Below, one piece after another: positions 7,711-16,922 of a stretch of DNA of 46,587 bases. The first letter of the stretch is position 1, and each line of letters starts with the position of its first letter. The stretch is from a virus (lineage: Duplodnaviria; Caudoviricetes): positions 1-46,587 of IMG/VR virus record IMGVR_UViG_3300049009_000606; one strand, written 5' to 3'. The translations under genes and the position numbers were made by a program. The notes below the pieces were generated by a model that ran no database searches, was not told where the DNA came from, and was given only the letters and a program-made list of their open reading frames with translations.

Positions 7711-7952
7711 TTGCCGAGTTCCTCGTCGAGCTTCTTGTCCAGGTAGGCGCAGTTGTTCTTGAGCCGCTCGACCTCGGCCTTGAGGTAGGCAATTTCGTTG
7801 TCGGTATCGATGGTTGCCTGGATGACGGCTACTCGGATGACCTTCAGCACTTCCGTGCTGAAAGCCTTCTGGAAGGCGTCGCGTTGGTCGGTGATCCTGC
7901 CGAGTTCAAGCCGGAGGGTGGTCGTCGGGTCGTGTGGTAGTTCTGGGTTCAT
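7707..7952 (-). CDS. coiled-coil hypothetical protein
   Basis: Heptad stretch EIAYLKAEVERLKNNCAYLDKKLDEEL. Confidence 0.65.
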   Translation of the reverse strand: MNPELPHDPTTTLRLELGRITDQRDAFQKAFSTEVLKVIRVAVIQATIDTDNEIAYLKAEVERLKNNCAYLDKKLDEELGK

Positions 7953-8475
7953 TGGGAAGGTCGATGGTATTGGTCAGGGAGGTCGTCACGTTGACGACGG
8001 TCTTCATAGAGTCGAGCCAGGTGCGCGCGCGATCGGCGATATCCTGGAGTTCGGATACGGACATATCCTGGAGGTCCTTCTTGCCTCGGTTGCCGACAGC
8101 CAGGGCAGCTGCGACAGCCGAGAGTCCGTGGCCGGAAGCCTCCAGGGTCCAACGAGCAGCCTGGAACTGAACCTGGGCAGGGGTGGCTGGGTCATCGAGC
8201 AGTCGGTTCATCACGGCCCAGGCCTTGGTGGCGCCCTTGGTCTTGATGTCGGTGTCGCGGTGAATCTCGATGGCCTCGCGGACCTTATGGTTCTTGAGCA
8301 GGGCCGATCCGTTGGACGGGTCGTAGCCGGCGGATTTAGCCGCGAGCATAGCGTTACCGCCATTGGCTACGTAGGCCTCGATGAAGGCCATCTGTTGCTC
8401 GGTGACGGTGCCCTCTGCGTCCTGACGGACGATGAGCCCGCCTTTCCATTGGTCTTTATCCGTTTGTTTTCGCAT
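7906..8475 (-). CDS. terS: terminase small subunit-like protein
   Basis: TEQQMAFIEAYVANGGNAMLAAKSAGY...LLKNHKVREAI is the typical N-terminal HTH of TerS. Confidence 0.7.
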   Translation of the reverse strand: MRKQTDKDQWKGGLIVRQDAEGTVTEQQMAFIEAYVANGGNAMLAAKSAGYDPSNGSALLKNHKVREAIEIHRDTDIKTKGATKAWAVMNRLLDDPATPAQVQFQAARWTLEASGHGLSAVAAALAVGNRGKKDLQDMSVSELQDIADRARTWLDSMKTVVNVTTSLTNTIDLPNEPRTTTRPDDHPPA

Positions 8476-8917
8476 CGTATTGTTTCTTCAAGTCTTTCCA
8501 GTCGATGCCGTTCATCTTGCAGAAGCGGTGGACGTTCTGGAGGTGGACGCCACCGAGGGAGTCGGCTACCTGTTCCAGGGTCTTGCCTGCCAGGGCACCC
8601 GCGATGATGGCGTCCCGCCAGCCGGTCTTGTCGATCTTCTTGCCCTGGCCCTTCTCGGAGGTCTTCCAGCGGATGCCGAGTATCTTAAGCCAGCCGTAGA
8701 TGCAGGGCTTGGAGTAGCCGAGCTTCCTGCAAGCGGCCCGCAGGGTCATCCGCTCCGCGTTCATCTTCTCCAGATGGGGACGCATCTCGACGAGCCTGAC
8801 GGCGGTGGAGTGGAACATCTTGTGCCCACGGAAGGACACGGCACCGCGCATCGAGCCTCGGTCTCCGGTGAAGGCGATGAGGGGGGACTGGATGATGGTC
8901 TCGTAGAGGTCGCTCAT
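8456..8917 (-). CDS. tandem helix-turn-helix DNA-binding protein
   Basis: Two HTH-like segments: TLRAACRKLGYSKPCIYGWL and TLEQVADSLGGVHLQNVHRF. Confidence 0.6.
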   Translation of the reverse strand: MSDLYETIIQSPLIAFTGDRGSMRGAVSFRGHKMFHSTAVRLVEMRPHLEKMNAERMTLRAACRKLGYSKPCIYGWLKILGIRWKTSEKGQGKKIDKTGWRDAIIAGALAGKTLEQVADSLGGVHLQNVHRFCKMNGIDWKDLKKQYDAKTNG

Positions 8918-9387
8918 TTGACGTAGATGGATCGGTAGATTTTCATCGCCTTCTCAAACTTGCGGTCGTCGAGCATAGGGTTCGACGGGCGGAAGCCGTA
9001 GCGTTTGAAGCCGTGGTAGCCCAAGTTAAAGGCAAGCCACGTTTCGTGGGCGAAGGCCTTACGACCGATGGCGAGGGAGACGCGGTCACGCAGATGCGTC
9101 AGCCAGGTACGAGCGTACTCGGTGGCGATATCCCTATCGTGGGCTCGCGTGAAAGGATATACCCGAAGGCCGAGGCACTTGCGAATCTCGGTGGTATCTT
9201 CCCAAGCTTCTTTGTGGAACTGGAATCGGCCACGGGCTTTTTTCGAATCTCCGAGAGCGGAGTCAGGGTCCTTCTCTCCGCCGGTCTCGATCTGCTGGAC
9301 TGCGTCCAGCCAGGAGTCGGGGACGGGAGCCGCGAGTACGCTGGCACTAAATATTAGATTTGTTACGAGGCTTTTTACGGGGTTCAT
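8914..9387 (-). CDS. lysozyme/lytic-transglycosylase-fold protein with N-terminal signal-like peptide
   Basis: LDAVQQIETGG (catalytic Glu), ALGD..KARGRFQF...W and WLAFNLG motifs. Hydrophobic leader ending in VLAA. Confidence 0.7.
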   Translation of the reverse strand: MNPVKSLVTNLIFSASVLAAPVPDSWLDAVQQIETGGEKDPDSALGDSKKARGRFQFHKEAWEDTTEIRKCLGLRVYPFTRAHDRDIATEYARTWLTHLRDRVSLAIGRKAFAHETWLAFNLGYHGFKRYGFRPSNPMLDDRKFEKAMKIYRSIYVK

Positions 9388-9598
9388 CGTGTTTGGTTGG
9401 GGAAGCTACACTTGCCTTCTTCGCTTTGCCTTCAACCTTTTTCTTTTGTTTTCTTGCGCGCCCCGTCCCCGAGATGGGGAGCCCGCCGGCATCACCGTAC
9501 TTCTTGATGCCTGCCTCCACTATCATTCGACATCGGTCCCAAAGTGAGACGTTATCTCGTCCGTCGTCTGCTTGCCTGATAATGGAGTGTTTGCTCAT
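9347..9598 (-). CDS. small Lys-rich hypothetical protein
   Basis: 83-aa ORF ATGA-coupled to the primase stop. Confidence 0.6.
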   Translation of the reverse strand: MSKHSIIRQADDGRDNVSLWDRCRMIVEAGIKKYGDAGGLPISGTGRARKQKKKVEGKAKKASVASPTKHDEPRKKPRNKSNI

Positions 9599-11868
9599 AT
9601 GGTTTTGATTACAATTCGTGCTTCGGTGTCATAGGCGTACATCTCCCAGTTCGGGGGATCGTAGGCACCGGAGTTGATTTCAGCCCCGATTTCATCGGTG
9701 GCGATGGGTCCGCTGGCGATATCGAGCCACTTCTTTTCCTTCCCGCCCTTGGCAGCAGCCGCGACGATGGCCTTGGACATCAGCATTTCGTCCACCAGAT
9801 GGGCGAATTCGCCTGGGCCGATGGACCGCAGGTTGGCCGGCAGTTCACCGCGACGACGGTACAGCCCGCTCTTGGCGTTCTTGCCCTCGATGGAGTAGGG
9901 GTGGCCGTTGCGCGCGCCCAGCGTGATGGCGGCGAGCATCCAAGCCTGACGCTCCATATAGTTGATGTCGTTGAACTTATCCTGATCGGTCACATCGACG
10001 AGCAGACCGGACTGCGTACGCAGGAGCGTACGCTCCCCATCAAACATCTCCGGGTTATTGGCCTTGATGACAGCCAGCTTCCAGAGGGAACCCTTCTTGG
10101 GGGTCATCTTCAGGGCTTTCATACGACGGTCGTAGTCGGAGCAATGCCACACCCCGATGTTACAGCGGAAAGCCGAAGGCAGGGCTGACGAGCCTCGGAT
10201 CGCGGCCTTCATCTGCTCCGCGTTGCGGATGGGCTCATCGCCCTGCTTGCGGATGTGGTGAACGACGATCAGGGTAGCGTTGAGTTCACCGCAAATCTGG
10301 CTGGCGACGCGGATGAATTCATTGATGACGGTGGCGGAATTCTCCTCCCCGTGCAGTACGGAATTTAGCGTGTCGATGACCACTAGTTGTAGGTTCTTGA
10401 TGTTCTTCAACAGGTTAAAGAACTCAAGCCATTTGCGGGAGGCCCTGGCCTCCTGGGTGCGCGGGTCCTTCTCGACGAGGGGGAAGGCACCGCCCGAGTT
10501 GATGGTAGGCAGGATGACGAGGTCATCACCGGCGTCCCGACGACGTTCACCGTTCGGGTCCATATCGTGGAGGCGGATGTGGAGTTCATCCTTGTCGTCC
10601 TCCGTGGTCAGGATGACGACGGCACCCTTACGCATCACGGGCATGCCGCCCCAGGTATCACCTTCCTTGTTGCCGGCAACCTTCAGAGCCAGGTCCAGCA
10701 TCAGGAAGGTCTTGCCTGCCCCGCCTTCAGCGACGAGAAGGTGGTGCTTGCCGGCCAGGATAAGCTTGTTGACGAGGAACTGACGGGTCGGAGGGGTATC
10801 AAGGGACCAGCGATGGGCGCCCCATACCGCGAGCCCCTGGCCCTCCTGGAGGATGGGCTTTTCGGGCTCCTGCATCGGCCCGTGGCTGGAGATGTCCTTG
10901 CGGAGCAAGCCCTGCCACTCGGAGGTGAACCTGGCGTCGGGCCAAGGTGGATCCATATGGGCAAGCATCCACCCGTGGGTAGCCTGCTTGGCCTCTTCGA
11001 CGTTCATATCCCCCTTGCGGGCTACGTGCAGATAGTGTCCCGCTACGCGGGTGAAGGCAGACCAACGGGTCTCCCCGCCTTCGGCACCAGCCGAGACGTC
11101 CGTGGTCAGGGCGGCGGATGTGTCCGTCTCGGGCTTGAACATAGCACCGACCTTGGCGACCTCTTCCTTCAAGGCCCAGGGGCTGGCCGGAAGCAGGGCT
11201 ACCTTGGTGGGGAAGGCCTCGTCGGGTACGGGTTCTGAAAGCTTCTCGATAGTGACGAGACGCAGGACTCCCGACTTACCGTGGATGGAGCCGGCGACAC
11301 GGATCGGCTGGTGGGCACGACCGTACGGGTTGCCGTCTACGCCCAGGCCGAACTGGATATCCGCTCCGCACTTACGTGCGACGGCATCTCGATAGGTGAC
11401 GATCTCTTGGACGGTGATGGTCGGGCTGACAGACCAGTAGACGTGACGCTTGGGCTTCCCCTCTTCGGTGGTGCCACCGGACAGGACGACCATCGCCGCA
11501 GGGCCGAGGTGTTCTTCAGAGTAGGCTAACTTCGCGTCGGTATCTCCCGTGTCGAAGTCCGCGCACACGGTGCGAAACACGTCGCAGTTTTCCGACGTGC
11601 CACGGCACTCGCGAAGAGTGCAAGGCACGATGAAGGTGGCTACGCCGTGCTGACCCCAGCGGGTGGCGTGGAACTGGACCGACATCGAGAAGCGACGCCA
11701 GCCCAGGGAGCTTGGCTGAAGGAAGATGTCCTCGCGGAACACGCCTTCCCGCTCGGTGCCCTTCTCTCCGATCCCACGCAGGCATACGTATCCCGTTGGG
11801 TTCTCTCCGAAGAGCAGACGAAGGTGCGAGTCAATGGCAGAGCCATCGACGATAAGAGCATCGCTCAT
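9595..11868 (-). CDS. primase-helicase (AEP/RepB'-like primase fused to RepA/AAA_25-type helicase)
   Basis: N-terminal ADFD, SGG..KRHVYW and PIRVAGS primase motifs. C-terminal Walker A AEGGAGKT, Walker B LVVIDTL, VVHHIRK and RGSSAL. Confidence 0.85.
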   Translation of the reverse strand: MSDALIVDGSAIDSHLRLLFGENPTGYVCLRGIGEKGTEREGVFREDIFLQPSSLGWRRFSMSVQFHATRWGQHGVATFIVPCTLRECRGTSENCDVFRTVCADFDTGDTDAKLAYSEEHLGPAAMVVLSGGTTEEGKPKRHVYWSVSPTITVQEIVTYRDAVARKCGADIQFGLGVDGNPYGRAHQPIRVAGSIHGKSGVLRLVTIEKLSEPVPDEAFPTKVALLPASPWALKEEVAKVGAMFKPETDTSAALTTDVSAGAEGGETRWSAFTRVAGHYLHVARKGDMNVEEAKQATHGWMLAHMDPPWPDARFTSEWQGLLRKDISSHGPMQEPEKPILQEGQGLAVWGAHRWSLDTPPTRQFLVNKLILAGKHHLLVAEGGAGKTFLMLDLALKVAGNKEGDTWGGMPVMRKGAVVILTTEDDKDELHIRLHDMDPNGERRRDAGDDLVILPTINSGGAFPLVEKDPRTQEARASRKWLEFFNLLKNIKNLQLVVIDTLNSVLHGEENSATVINEFIRVASQICGELNATLIVVHHIRKQGDEPIRNAEQMKAAIRGSSALPSAFRCNIGVWHCSDYDRRMKALKMTPKKGSLWKLAVIKANNPEMFDGERTLLRTQSGLLVDVTDQDKFNDINYMERQAWMLAAITLGARNGHPYSIEGKNAKSGLYRRRGELPANLRSIGPGEFAHLVDEMLMSKAIVAAAAKGGKEKKWLDIASGPIATDEIGAEINSGAYDPPNWEMYAYDTEARIVIKTI

Positions 11869-11870
11869 CG

Positions 11871-12188
11871 TTAGATAAAGCGAATGAAGATAGGCGTCTT
11901 AGAACCGACGTACGAACCTGTGACGTTGTACGACATATGGTCCATCGCGTCCTCTTCGGACATCCCTTCGACGACGAAGAAAATCTCGATGCACTTATCG
12001 TGGTCATAGACGACGACGGGCTCCATCGAGCCAGCCGTGACGCCGATGATGGCTGCTTCCAGCCCATCGGCCAGGAGCAACTCATCGCCCATCTCTTCGG
12101 CGATCTCGTTAATCTTCTTGAGGTTATCTTTACCCTCTTGGACGAGCATGTCCTTGAGGATGTTTTTCTTCACTTTTTTGGAAGCCAT
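11871..12188 (-). CDS. conserved phage hypothetical protein
   Basis: ADGLEAAIIGV...VVYD...EEDAMDHMSYNV.GSYVG..TPIF pattern, recurrent in aquatic phages. Confidence 0.75.
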   Translation of the reverse strand: MASKKVKKNILKDMLVQEGKDNLKKINEIAEEMGDELLLADGLEAAIIGVTAGSMEPVVVYDHDKCIEIFFVVEGMSEEDAMDHMSYNVTGSYVGSKTPIFIRFI

Positions 12189-13000
12189 GAAGGTGTAATT
12201 TCGGGGGTGGTGTTGGGTTTGAGTGAGCTAAAATCGAACGTCTGAACGGGCTCCTGCTTGACGACCTTGCGCGACCAGCATCTGTCGCGGAAGTCGCACA
12301 TGACCTTGCATCGGTAGTCGGACGGGTCCTTATAAGGGCGGGGGATTTCCTCGGGGTCAAGGGTTGATACGATGACGACGAGTTTATCGATGGAATCCTG
12401 GCAGTCGCGTGAGTTGAAAGGGATGACCTCGACGTTGATCTCGGCGGAGTCTCGGTTGAGGCACGTGAACAGGCAGGACTCCAGCTTGTGGTAGCCCATA
12501 TAGACCTGGACCTGGGCGTAATAGACAGGTTTGCTTTCCTTGATGCCCTTGCTGACGGCATCCTTAAAAGACGACATCCCGAGGGCCTTATTTTCCCAGA
12601 GCATAGGATATACGAGGCCTGGGATTTCCGGGCCGCCCTGCACGACTCCGTCAAGGTGGCCCTTGAACTTCCCATCCAGGTCTGAGATGCCGATCTGGCG
12701 ACCGTCAGAGGTATGGGTCTGGAGGTCGAAGCCGGCAAGGCGAAGATACTCGGCGACGCGGGATTCTCCGTCGTGGCCCATATCAAACATACGCAGGGTA
12801 GTGCCCTTGAATTCAGCACCAGGGTCCTTCTCCGTCATGTGGTATTCGTAAGCAAGTTTACGTGAACAGTCCTCCCCGATGCGTGATGCGCCGAGGTACT
12901 TTCGTTTCGGCTGCTCCTTATTTTTTGCCTGCATAGCCTTGTCGATAAGTTCGACGACGGCATCGTGCGTAGGGTTTTTGATCTCGGGTTTGAATTTCAT
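12170..13000 (-). CDS. Cas4-like PD-(D/E)XK exonuclease
   Basis: ATG at 13000 (MKFKPEIK, TGATG-coupled). YLGASRIGEDC, GHLDG, LWENK, YYAQVQVYM and the C-terminal Cys cluster (CKVMCDFRDRC). Confidence 0.85.
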   Translation of the reverse strand: MKFKPEIKNPTHDAVVELIDKAMQAKNKEQPKRKYLGASRIGEDCSRKLAYEYHMTEKDPGAEFKGTTLRMFDMGHDGESRVAEYLRLAGFDLQTHTSDGRQIGISDLDGKFKGHLDGVVQGGPEIPGLVYPMLWENKALGMSSFKDAVSKGIKESKPVYYAQVQVYMGYHKLESCLFTCLNRDSAEINVEVIPFNSRDCQDSIDKLVVIVSTLDPEEIPRPYKDPSDYRCKVMCDFRDRCWSRKVVKQEPVQTFDFSSLKPNTTPEITPSWLPKK

Positions 13001-14673
13001 CAGATTGCTAGGACCTTGGCTTTTATAGCCCGCTCGCGGAACTTCCAAGTAAGAAGGCAGGATGCCTTGTACTTTGTGAGGCCCATCGCGGAGAGGGGGG
13101 TGAGTCCAAGGATGTCGAGTTGCTTGTTGGACGGGGGTTCGTGGAGCCATCGCTTGGACTTTCGGGCGGCGTCCTTGTCGCCGTGTTCGCGGAGATAGTC
13201 GTCGGCGGAGGCGATAGCCTGGAGCCGGTCGGTGGTGACGCCGATCAGCTTGACGCTGGCAGAATCGTCCATCCCGCCAACTACCCACTCCTTGTCGTCG
13301 TGGCGGACCACTACGGTCCAGGCGGTCATCGCGTTAGCCATCGTGACCATGCCATCCCAGAAGGTTTCCCATCTGAACGGAGACATCTCAAAGATTTCTA
13401 CCTCTGTCAGGGTAAAGTTGACCAGGTCCTCGCGATCCTCGGAGGCCTCCTTTAAGCGACGCTCTACGGCATCAAAGATATGTTCACACGCTGGGCACAC
13501 GGCCAGGGGTGCAGGGACCTCCATCCCGCAGGACGGACAGGTTTTGACCATAGGCTCGCCGGCTGCTACGGGCTCTAGCTTAACCTCGGTCTCGATGCCA
13601 CCGTGAGTAAGTAGTGAATAACCGAAGTCCATCACGATGCAGTCGGTCTTGATGACCCCTGGATAACGCTCCGGGTCTACCTTACGCAGACCACGACCAA
13701 TCATCTGGATCATCGTAGACTTGAAGGAGCATGGGCGGAGCAGCACGACGCACGACACGGTCTGGCAGTCCCAACCTTCGGTCAGGACGGCGACGTTTAC
13801 CAGCACCTGGAAATGGTCGTGTTCGAAACCGTGCAGGACCTTGCGTCGCGCGTGGTCGGAAAGATTGCCGTGAACGATGTCGGCCTTGACGCCGGCTTCC
13901 TTGAGGGCCTCGGTTACGTGTTCGGCGTGTTCGACGGTGGAGCAGAACAGGACCGTCTTACGGTCGCCTGCTTTGGCCTTCCACTCCTCGATGACCCGCT
14001 CGTTGACGGCGGACTTGTCCATGATCGCCGCGACGGCGTCCATATCAAAGTCGGCGATAGTACGCCTGACGGAGGCAAGCTCTTGGCGGAGCCCGCAGTC
14101 GATAACGAAGACGCGAGGGCGGACCAGATTGCCGGCCTCGATAAGCTCCTTGACGGTAATGACGTCGGAGACGTTGGAGAACACTTCCTTGAGGGCCTTC
14201 TTATCCCCGCGTTGAGGGGTGGCGGTGACGCCTAGAACCTTAAGGTCTGGGTTTAGCTCCCTGGCACGATCCAAGATAGAGCGGTAGGAGACAGCGGCTA
14301 CGTGATGGGCCTCGTCGATGACGATCAGGTCCATCTTGGGCATAGTCTCCAGGTTGTCTGGGCGCGAGAGGGTCTGGACCATCGCGAAAGTGGCCCCTTC
14401 AGACCACCGCTTTCTGTCGGCGGCGTAGATGTCTGATGGGGTATTTGGGGAAACCCGCTTGAAGGTAGCCCTGTTCTGGGCCACCAGTTCATCGCGGTGT
14501 TGAATCACCAGGGTCCGCATGCCCGGGGTCTTATCCATCAACAGATGGATGGCGGATGATAGCATGACCGTCTTGCCGGCCCCAGTAGGGGCTACGCCAA
14601 GGGTCTCTCCGCATTCGGCGATAGCCCATAGAGTCTTACGCACGAACTCCTGCTGTCGAGGACGGAGCTTCAT
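13000..14673 (-). CDS. SF2 (DEAD/DEAH-like) DNA helicase with Zn ribbon
   Basis: PTGAGKT, DEAHH, TAT, LTEGWD and QMIGRGLR motifs, plus CPSC..CPAC. Confidence 0.92.
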   Translation of the reverse strand: MKLRPRQQEFVRKTLWAIAECGETLGVAPTGAGKTVMLSSAIHLLMDKTPGMRTLVIQHRDELVAQNRATFKRVSPNTPSDIYAADRKRWSEGATFAMVQTLSRPDNLETMPKMDLIVIDEAHHVAAVSYRSILDRARELNPDLKVLGVTATPQRGDKKALKEVFSNVSDVITVKELIEAGNLVRPRVFVIDCGLRQELASVRRTIADFDMDAVAAIMDKSAVNERVIEEWKAKAGDRKTVLFCSTVEHAEHVTEALKEAGVKADIVHGNLSDHARRKVLHGFEHDHFQVLVNVAVLTEGWDCQTVSCVVLLRPCSFKSTMIQMIGRGLRKVDPERYPGVIKTDCIVMDFGYSLLTHGGIETEVKLEPVAAGEPMVKTCPSCGMEVPAPLAVCPACEHIFDAVERRLKEASEDREDLVNFTLTEVEIFEMSPFRWETFWDGMVTMANAMTAWTVVVRHDDKEWVVGGMDDSASVKLIGVTTDRLQAIASADDYLREHGDKDAARKSKRWLHEPPSNKQLDILGLTPLSAMGLTKYKASCLLTWKFRERAIKAKVLAI

Positions 14674-14677
14674 AGGA

Positions 14678-14950
14678 AAAAGACACCACCGCGTACCGAA
14701 GCAGAGGCGATGGAGCGACCGACTAAACGCCGATCTAAAAATGGGGGTGCGGGAGGAGAGGTGACCCCAACAGTCACTTCACTCCTGCGTGAATTATAAG
14801 CGGAATGGGCCAGACCGACGGCTGGTTTATCGCTTTTCACTCGCACCTTGGGTGTTTTAAAGAGAACAGAATTACCGGACCTGTCAGATATCATAGCGTA
14901 GAATGAATAATACGCCAGTAATATCTGGGCTGGGGGCCCGGTAATTCTGC
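14678..14950 (+). ncRNA. putative structured non-coding element (RNA or ssDNA) between the helicase and SSB genes
   Basis: Multi-branch fold plus a long hairpin. The wobble pairs I traced are G-T on the + strand (see findings). Confidence 0.55.
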
Positions 14951-14956
14951 GAGGGG

Positions 14957-15562
14957 TTAGAACGGGCCGTTAGAGGAACCCGGAGCCTTGGGCCAAGACG
15001 GCTTCGCGATGGAAGCAGCCGTGGAGGGCTTGATGGAGAACGCGGAACCGCGAGCCTGATCGATGGCGGTCTGACCGCCGATAAGCTTCTGGTAATCCTT
15101 GAAGCCACCAGATGCGGGGTTCGGGGAGAGCCATTCGCCGACCTTATTCTTGTCAGAATAGGCAGGGTCCTTGGACTCCTCGATCTTGACCTTGATGGCG
15201 ACGCGCTGGCCGTCCATGCCGTTCATAATTTCCAGCGTCGGCTTGCCTTCGAAGGCGTTGTACGACTCGGGCTTGGCCGGCGTGAACCAGCCGCTCGATT
15301 CGAAGATGCGGGCGACGGACGTGATGCCCATCTTGCGCCACTTCTCGCTGTTGCGGTCGTCCTGGATATCCGGGATCATGTCGAAGACCTTACGGCCTTC
15401 GTGGTCACCGCCGACGAGGGTCAGCGTCACGGGGAAGTACGTACCGCCGGTGGTGCCGGACTGGCGCGCGGCCTGAACCGTGAGGATGGCCCAGGAGATG
15501 GTGCCGTTGGGGATGAGTTCCGGTGCCGAACTGGCTCCGGAGGTGGGGGAGAACATGCTCAT
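14957..15562 (-). CDS. single-stranded DNA-binding protein-like (DUF669-like)
   Basis: ELIPNGT...GRKVFD, KVKIE..KN.V OB-like core, flexible tail ending in PF, located next to a Sak4-like ATPase. Confidence 0.65.
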   Translation of the reverse strand: MSMFSPTSGASSAPELIPNGTISWAILTVQAARQSGTTGGTYFPVTLTLVGGDHEGRKVFDMIPDIQDDRNSEKWRKMGITSVARIFESSGWFTPAKPESYNAFEGKPTLEIMNGMDGQRVAIKVKIEESKDPAYSDKNKVGEWLSPNPASGGFKDYQKLIGGQTAIDQARGSAFSIKPSTAASIAKPSWPKAPGSSNGPF

Positions 15563-15593
15563 GTTTTCTTGGTGTTGTGTTGGGGGGTGGAAA

Positions 15594-16445
15594 TTACTTC
15601 TGCTCGGGCATCGCGGTGATGACGTTGGTGTCGGTGCGTTTGCCTTCGCGAATCTTCTTCATCAGGGCCTTCAGATCAGGGGCCTCCAGGACGTCGAGAC
15701 GACCGGAGCGGTCCTTCGCGGGGTAGCCCCACGGGTTCTGCTGCTGACAGCACAGGCCACGGTACATCGTGCCATCTTCAGCCTTGAAGCTTTGGAGCGT
15801 GATGACCTGATCGAAGATGCCAGGGAGTTCGCGACCGGTAGCGGCACCTTCGACCTGGGGAGACCAAGAAACACGCTTCAGGTCGTCTTCCTCGCGGTTG
15901 AGGATGCCGACCATGATGACGGATTTGTTGCAATGCTGGAGGTGCGTGGACCAGCGCATCATTTCCTTCTTCAGGATGCCGTAGGCACCACGTGTGTCGG
16001 GCTTGCCGGTCTTCTCGGACACAGCCTCGGGCTGCTTTTCGGCCCACTTGAAGCACTCGCGAGACGCCACCGTGATAGAGTCAACGAAGATGGTGTCGTA
16101 CTTCTGGAGGTCGATGTCCTTGAAAGCTTCCTGGACGGCATCGTAGTTGGGCTTGGAATAAGCACCGGTGGCGTCGCTCGGATCGTGACCGCCGATGTAG
16201 AGGGCGAGCGCGCGGGCGATTTCCCACGGGTAGCGACCGTACTCCTGGGCGGCGGCACGGACGTCGATGACGTCACCGGGCCAGTCCTGGATGGCGAGGG
16301 TGCCGGCCTCCAGGTCCACGAAGAGGGTCTTCGCGGGGTCGAGGGTGCGGGCGAGGGTGGTCTTGCCGACTCCGGACGGGCCGAAGACGAGCATGTTGAT
16401 TTTGGGTACGGACTTGAGGCGTTCGCTGGCCTTGATGATTTTCAT
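15594..16445 (-). CDS. Sak4-like / AAA_24 ATPase (ssDNA annealing recombinase)
   Basis: GPSGVGKT, LFVDLEAG, IFVDSIT and AKDRSGRL motifs. Confidence 0.85.
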   Translation of the reverse strand: MKIIKASERLKSVPKINMLVFGPSGVGKTTLARTLDPAKTLFVDLEAGTLAIQDWPGDVIDVRAAAQEYGRYPWEIARALALYIGGHDPSDATGAYSKPNYDAVQEAFKDIDLQKYDTIFVDSITVASRECFKWAEKQPEAVSEKTGKPDTRGAYGILKKEMMRWSTHLQHCNKSVIMVGILNREEDDLKRVSWSPQVEGAATGRELPGIFDQVITLQSFKAEDGTMYRGLCCQQQNPWGYPAKDRSGRLDVLEAPDLKALMKKIREGKRTDTNVITAMPEQK

Positions 16446-16463
16446 GTTTGTTGGGTTGGGAGA

Positions 16464-16922
16464 TTAGGCGGAGAAGATGATCTTGGGGTCGGAGTACTTG
16501 ACCGTACGGGCCTCGATGAGGAGATCTACGAGCTTCTGGTCGGTGATGGACTTGAAGACCTTCTCGGGTACGGAGAACTCGATCTTGAAGGTGTTACGCA
16601 TCTGGTCGTAGGGAAGCTGCATCGCGATGCGCTCCAGGGCAAGGGAGTCCCACTTGACGGTGGACTTGATCTCGCCGGTGAACTTGAAGCCTTCGGCTTC
16701 GAACGTGTGCTGGCCGGACTGCTTGTCCTGCTTGGACAGGGCATCGACGAGGACGTCTTCGAAGCGGCGACGGATCTCGCCGTTGAGTTCTTCAAGCTTG
16801 CGCTTGGAGCCCTCGATGTTGGTTTCGTGCATCGAGATGTAACCCTGGATTTCTCCGAGGGACATTTCGGTGACGGGACGGGGTCCCTCAACGAGGGACG
16901 ACTTTGCTTTTTTGTTTTTCAT
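16464..16922 (-). CDS. hypothetical recombination-module protein (coiled coil plus VKWD motif)
   Basis: 152-aa ORF upstream of the Sak4-like gene, a common arrangement. Confidence 0.7.
   Translation of the reverse strand: MKNKKAKSSLVEGPRPVTEMSLGEIQGYISMHETNIEGSKRKLEELNGEIRRRFEDVLVDALSKQDKQSGQHTFEAEGFKFTGEIKSTVKWDSLALERIAMQLPYDQMRNTFKIEFSVPEKVFKSITDQKLVDLLIEARTVKYSDPKIIFSA

Noticed and set aside
14678-14950. tRNA or tmRNA gene
   Set aside because: No T-loop (GTTCRA) or D-loop consensus, and no acceptor stem/CCA arrangement on either strand.
14670-15108. Two 74-aa ORFs across the SSB-helicase gap
   Set aside because: Non-ATG starts, atypical composition and overlap with the SSB gene. The extensive base-pairing explains the region better.
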